Source: Paraphysomonas bandaiensis
Lineage: Eukaryota > Protista > Chrysophyceae
DNA length: 64,000 bases
Direction: 5' to 3'
NCBI GenBank assembly: GCA_965644295.1
Contig: CBFFRP010000188.1
Span: 11,658 to 75,657 of the forward strand
The stretch's first letter is position 1; every line of letters begins with the position of its first letter. Below, in pieces: positions 58,932 through 64,000 of this stretch. The notes below the pieces were generated by a model that saw only the letters and a program-made list of their open reading frames with translations, did not search any database and had not been told where the DNA came from. Position numbers and translations under genes: made by a program.

Positions 58932-61900
58932 TGAATGTCTTTTTATTTAGCAATAGGCGTTAAAAACCCGTTCCGATTTAGCGGCTAGTTGAATACTAGT
59001 CTACTAGTTAGACCTCTACCCATAACTAATCAGCGCAAATTCTATTATCCTACTATTTAACGCTACAGAAGCTGCTTGTGCGTCGCCGCAAGCACCAAGG
59101 TGCAACCACTTCCGTTCTTGATGTTGTGTGTGAGTTCGCCCTGCTCGTGTGTCTGAGGACTCACTGGCGCGTGTTGTCCGGGGGTCTCCCCTTGGGATAC
59201 GGTTCCGCCTGACTCTGAGGTACCGGGTTCTGTATTAAGGTCCTGAGTGTACCGAGCACTAGATGTGTGGACTGAGAGGTTGTTGGTGTGGTGGAATGTG
59301 GCGGTGTCGCCATGCACCGTTTGGGCGTTGGGCATAGGTGGAGTTGCCGGAGACGTCGTCGCCTTTGTCTAGGGTCTGTTGGTTTCATACGGTCCGTTGC
59401 TATGGTCCTCTGTGTGTGGTTGGTAGGGTTCAGAGGTACGGTGGGCGGTGTTCCAGTCTCGGTTCGTCTGTGGATTCCTAGTAATCTTAGCACCCTTGGG
59501 CGTTTCCGTTTCTGTCTGTGGTTTGGACTCGGCCGCGGTAGTAGCCTTGGGGGGCCTTTCCGTAGGGTCACGTATCTTCTTCCGCGATCTTGGATCATGA
59601 GCTTTGCTGCAGCGAACAGCGGTAGCAGTAATTTGATGATCGCTGATTCGATGCTGCGCAGTCCTTGGGATGTCAGTGATTCATGGATGTGATCTCCAAA
59701 AACCATTTCAAGTTGTGTCATTGTGATGGTACCCGTCCAGAATCTCTCCACCTGTGGCACGGAAGGGTTCCAGGCCCTGCTGGAGAGTCGCTGGAGTACA
59801 GGGGTGGTCCATTGGGGTAATTCCGGATTACTCATTTCTTCTAGGAGCGCGTTTTTGTGGCTGTGAAATGCAGACTCCCTTATCTGCGTTATGGTGTCGT
59901 TTGTGCAGTCTAGACACATATGCTTGAGTGAGTCTAGTCTAAATCCGCAGTCAGAGCATACGGCTTTAGCCATGTCGAGTCCGTGTTTGGTTTTCGCCCG
60001 GTTTCTTCCTATGCTGAAGGATTTGTCCCATGTCAGTGCTGCATTTAGTACTCTTTGGCGCAGGTGGGAGCTCACTTTGTCCTTTGATGGTCCACCATCT
60101 GCTTGCGCCAGTTTGCGCGGAAGTAGTGCTCCGCTGTCTTTCCAGTATCCAGGAGCCCGGTCGGGATTGTGACCGTAGCGTTGGTCTCGGAGAGCTGTAT
60201 ATGCCTCCAGCGTCCGTTGATTACGGAGGGATTGGAAATCCGTGAGCAGGGGGCTAGTGCGATACGGCCGTCGTTCCCCAGTTAGGCGCCAGTGCCATAA
60301 ACCCTCGGTGAGTATTCTCTCGATGGCTTGGTCCACTTCCATGTTACAGACAGTGTAATTTTGTCGTCCGAGTAGTCGATCTACCTCAAGCCAGTCCCCT
60401 CCTGCTACTGCGTCGGCAATGTAAATTCCTTTGTCTTCATATGTCCATTCAGACTCATCAGAGGTGCGTCGTTCGGGGTGTGATCGGACCCAGGCTACTG
60501 TCCTTGTGCAATCGTTATTTGCTGCGATGCTTTCGAGCAGTACACCTTTGGCACGATGCCCCAGTGCCCGACGTCTGGCGGAGAGTGCTTCGTGTGTGCG
60601 TATGCAGACGGCCTTACAGTCCGTATTTATCGGTATGTGTGATGGGAGTCGCGCAGACAGTATAAGCGCCATTGCTGCTCCCATGAGCTCGTATGCATAC
60701 GGGCCAAGTCCAGGCACGTCGCTGAAGGGTGTCTCTAATCGCAGTATTTTTGTTGTACCGTTCTTCCATTCATCCTCCGGGGGGAGCCAGACTGCCGCCG
60801 CTCCTCCATAATGTGCCCATCTCGTACGTGGGTTTACATGCGTAATGCGGCGCGGGGATAGGGCTGTAGGCGTGTATGAGCCGTCGGTGAAGATTGCCTG
60901 ATATGTATCCGCGGTTACATCATCCAGTTCTAATGTGCGGATAATGTTGGTCAGGGTGTTGGTATCTTGAGGTTCCGGACTGTCGGGTTGTTGGAGAGTA
61001 AGGCCAACCTCCGTACCCCATTCCCGCAGACTTAAGGCAAAGTGGTGGTAGTTTGGGTACGGCGCGATAGTCTGTGTTAGGAGAAAGTGCGCTGCGTCAC
61101 CGGCATCACCGCCTAGGATTATGGCGCGCTGTAGGGAGCCCCATTTTTGTTCTTGAGCGGAGTCTGAGAAGCGTTTCATTCCAAGTCCATTATGCCTGAG
61201 AGAGAGGTAGATCATTTCCGTGGGGTAACCAGGACTCAGGCTTAGTGCTTTCCTGTAAAGGTTTGCGCAAGTTGAATCGATGTTCTTGTAATATTGCAGG
61301 GGCCAAGAAGCCTTGGTGGCCTTGTAAAGCAGAGTGGGTATGATTTGGGTCTCTATAACCATGACTTTGCAACCCGCTGAGGCGTGCCTGATCCCAAGGT
61401 GTGTGCCCGCTGCCTTTAGGTAGTTTGTACACCAATTGTATGAGTCCGTGTCTGTAGGTGTTAGTGGTAGGTCAGCCCCCAAATAGTGTATCGATTCATG
61501 AGTCGTTTGTATTGGTACAGGTTGGGGTCTCCAATACCAGTCATATAAGGTAATGTGTCCGGTTTGTTTGACCTGGGCTAGATTTTTCCGTAGGTGAGGG
61601 AAAAAAGTGCAGATAACCTTAGGTACCGAGAGTTCCATTCCCGAGAAGCTGCAGAACGCCGACATTCGTATCGCCGTTTCCTGGGCTTGAGTGATAGACA
61701 CATCTATGGTGGTGATGTCATCCGCGAAGGAGACTTTTTTCTTTGAGTTCGGGGTCAGTAGGAGTGGTGATGGTGTAAGACAGATTGCTCTAAGATCTAG
61801 GTCTAACCATGTAAGAAGGATATCGTGTAGCGCCACCCAGGCACAAGTGGATTCGGTTCCCCCCTGAGTGATTCCTCTCACGGCCTCAAATCCGAGTACG

Positions 61901-64000
61901 AACTGTGCAAGGAAGTGTCCGTCGGTAGCTAGAAGTTCTGCCAACGAGCGTGGCTCCATGTTGTTCGCCATGAACGGCGTCCATGGGAATGTGAGACCCC
62001 CAGCGTCTAATTCTCCAAACCATTCAACCACAGCATCGGGGACACCTAGCCGAGCCCATGCTAGTTTCATTAGATTAGGTGTTATGGAGTCGAATGCTTT
62101 TTTTGAAGTCCCAGAGCGTGCAGATGTGTTGGGCATTGTGACGTCTGGCTGCCTCTGAGGCCGCTAGGACCCTTAAAATGGCCGTGTCTGTGCCATTTCT
62201 CCAGCGATATCCATGTTGGGACGGGTGTAGGATCTGCTGTTCCTCCCAGACTGTGAGTATCCTGTGGGAGATTATTCTTGTCAGAATTTTCCGTGATATT
62301 TCGAGCAGACCGATCGGTCGAAGGTTGGAAAAAGAGGGTTCTCCTGGTTTCTTGAGTATGGGGGTCATTACTCTGTCTCTCCACCAAGTAGGCACGTGTT
62401 TGTGCTTCCAGAGCGACTTGATAAGGGTGAATGCTTCCTGTTGTATGGCTGGAGGCCAGGATTTGACCATGTTGGATGAGACCATGGAGGGTCCGGGAGC
62501 CCGGTTGAAGGATATGGAATGTAGGGTGGAGTAGAATTCTTCGTGCGTGATGTCCTTCTCTAAAGCCTTTCCGAGTAGGTCCGCCATTTCTGGTTTAACT
62601 TTAGTGCATAGTGCACGTCGTAGTCCGTGTTGTAGGGTAAGGGGTATGTTCGAGCACGGATGGAGGGGCTCCTGGGAAGTCACCGATTGAGGGTCAAGGA
62701 GGGTTTTCCACCAGTTGGGGTCGTCCTGTAGTCTTTGTGCGACTGGGTCCAGTCCTGCAGGTTCCGCGTGGTGGTCTCGAAAGTGTTTGTTGATTCCTTC
62801 GTGGATGTCTTGCGGGGTAGTGAGAAGTGTCCCGTCAGTAGTTCTCACTGTCGTTAGTCGAAGTGGCGTTTTGATTTTAAGTCCTATCTTCTGCAGTACT
62901 GCTTGTAGTCTTCTCTGTTCTAGTAGTGCTTCCATTTGGTTTGTACGGTCTGTGAGCCTCTTGCGCATCTCCGTCCTGTCTCGTCCGTGCAAGAGTCCTC
63001 GCATTCGAATCACAATGTGTAGAAGGTTCTTCTTGGTGACTTGTTTGGCAGTCCAGCTCAGAATGGCTCTGGGGTCTGCTGATCGGTAATCATTCCTGAA
63101 GTTGATGTCGGCTATTCCTTTCGCAGGTCCCGTGGAGTTTTGGAGGTACGAGTTCCCGCGCTCCTGCCAGGCGGTGATGAGCGTGTGGATCGGATTGCGT
63201 AATGGGGATCCACGCCATCCGTGTCTTTTATATCCAGCTGAGTTAAACATTTTCTGAACTATCTTTATTACCATAACCATCCCTTCTTGAATTACCCTCA
63301 TTTCCGGGGAGAAACCATCTTTAAAATGTGAACGAATTCGCTGACACCGGTCATGGAGCCTCGTGCGACGGCTGTAGCGGGGACCCTTTGCTGTAAGCGT
63401 TGCCTGCAAGGTGATGTGATGTATCGCCGCTAGTCGGGTGGCTGCAGTCTCTGGGTCTAGTGTTGGGCTGAGGTTCGTGTCTATAGGGGGCAGTTGGGCG
63501 TTTAGCATGAGAAGTTTGGCAGTGTACGCTTTTACCTCCTCAGGATCCCTTGGGTTGATGTTTAGGCGAGGAGGTATTTTTAAGTGTGACTCTGGGGAAG
63601 AGATATCTTGTGTTACAGTAATATTGAATCCAACCCAAACCGGCCTATGGTCAAACGCTGCTGCAATTAAGGTGGGGGAATTGAGGCATCCGGTGTCAGT
63701 GATTCGCATATGCTGTGGAAGTGGCGTATGTAGTATGTGATCGATACGCGAGATTCCCTTGTCCAATCTGTGGAATGTGTGAAAAGCTTGCCGTTGGAGT
63801 AATTGTGTGATTAGTGGCGCCGACAGCTGGAGTTTACCGGCTAGTGGGCGTATATCTCTATTCGTGGTGTGCGTTTCCATGGATCCGTTAAAGTCGCCTG
63901 CAATGATTACCGTGTGACCTCTGGCCCGGGCCTTGGTAACCCATTTAGTGATGATGTTGCAGAGGAGATCATATGGGGCAACCGGTTTAGTATTGCGGGT
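58932..64000 (-). mobile_element. Non-LTR retrotransposon (LINE), 5' part outside window
   Basis: Intronless, GC-richer than flanks; APE-RT-RNase H-CCHC ORF followed by a 3' UTR ending GACATTCAAT. Confidence 0.95.
59161..64000 (-). CDS. LINE ORF2: APE endonuclease, reverse transcriptase, RNase H, CCHC finger; one frameshift at 62098-62104
   Basis: APE: VIIAGDFNG (frame open to the window edge), SRIDHIL, DHRPV. RT: RAPGPS, LRPIGLL, QHGYR, WDFKK/AFDSI, GITQG, FADD, YLG. RNase H: FTDGS, YELMG, TDCKA, WVRSH, ADAVA. Zn knuckle: CSDCGFRLDSLKHMCLDC. Confidence 0.93.

Noticed and set aside
59068-59105. Group II intron domain V look-alike
   Set aside because: No AGC/CGC triad and no domain VI or other domains; the adjacent ORF is a LINE (APE, RNase H), not a maturase.

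Overview
Gene-dense eukaryotic DNA with many short GT-AG introns, most consistent with a flagellated stramenopile-like protist (inference from gene content such as TPGS2 and the PDZ/TPR families). About 17 protein genes are supported. They include SF3B3, eIF3k, GMDS, TPGS2, a GH2 beta-galactosidase, DLD, NOP9, a RhoGEF, an ArfGAP-3xPDZ protein, and a myosin spliced in frame to a complete but apparently catalytically dead PLC-delta-like module. The right end holds a non-LTR retrotransposon (APE-RT-RNase H-CCHC). The standout signal is a ~460-bp non-coding retroelement family with 7 full or partial copies in the window, several flanked by target-site duplications (TSDs). Its 5' end is an HDV-like self-cleaving ribozyme fold, and its 3' end is a structured, poly(A)-less module shared with the LINE. 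This looks like a ribozyme-headed SINE-like element paired with an autonomous LINE family. Also present are hAT-type MITEs, decayed transposase remnants, tandem and inverted repeats, and (ACAT)n tracts near gene starts. Exon boundaries were read by eye and are approximate.
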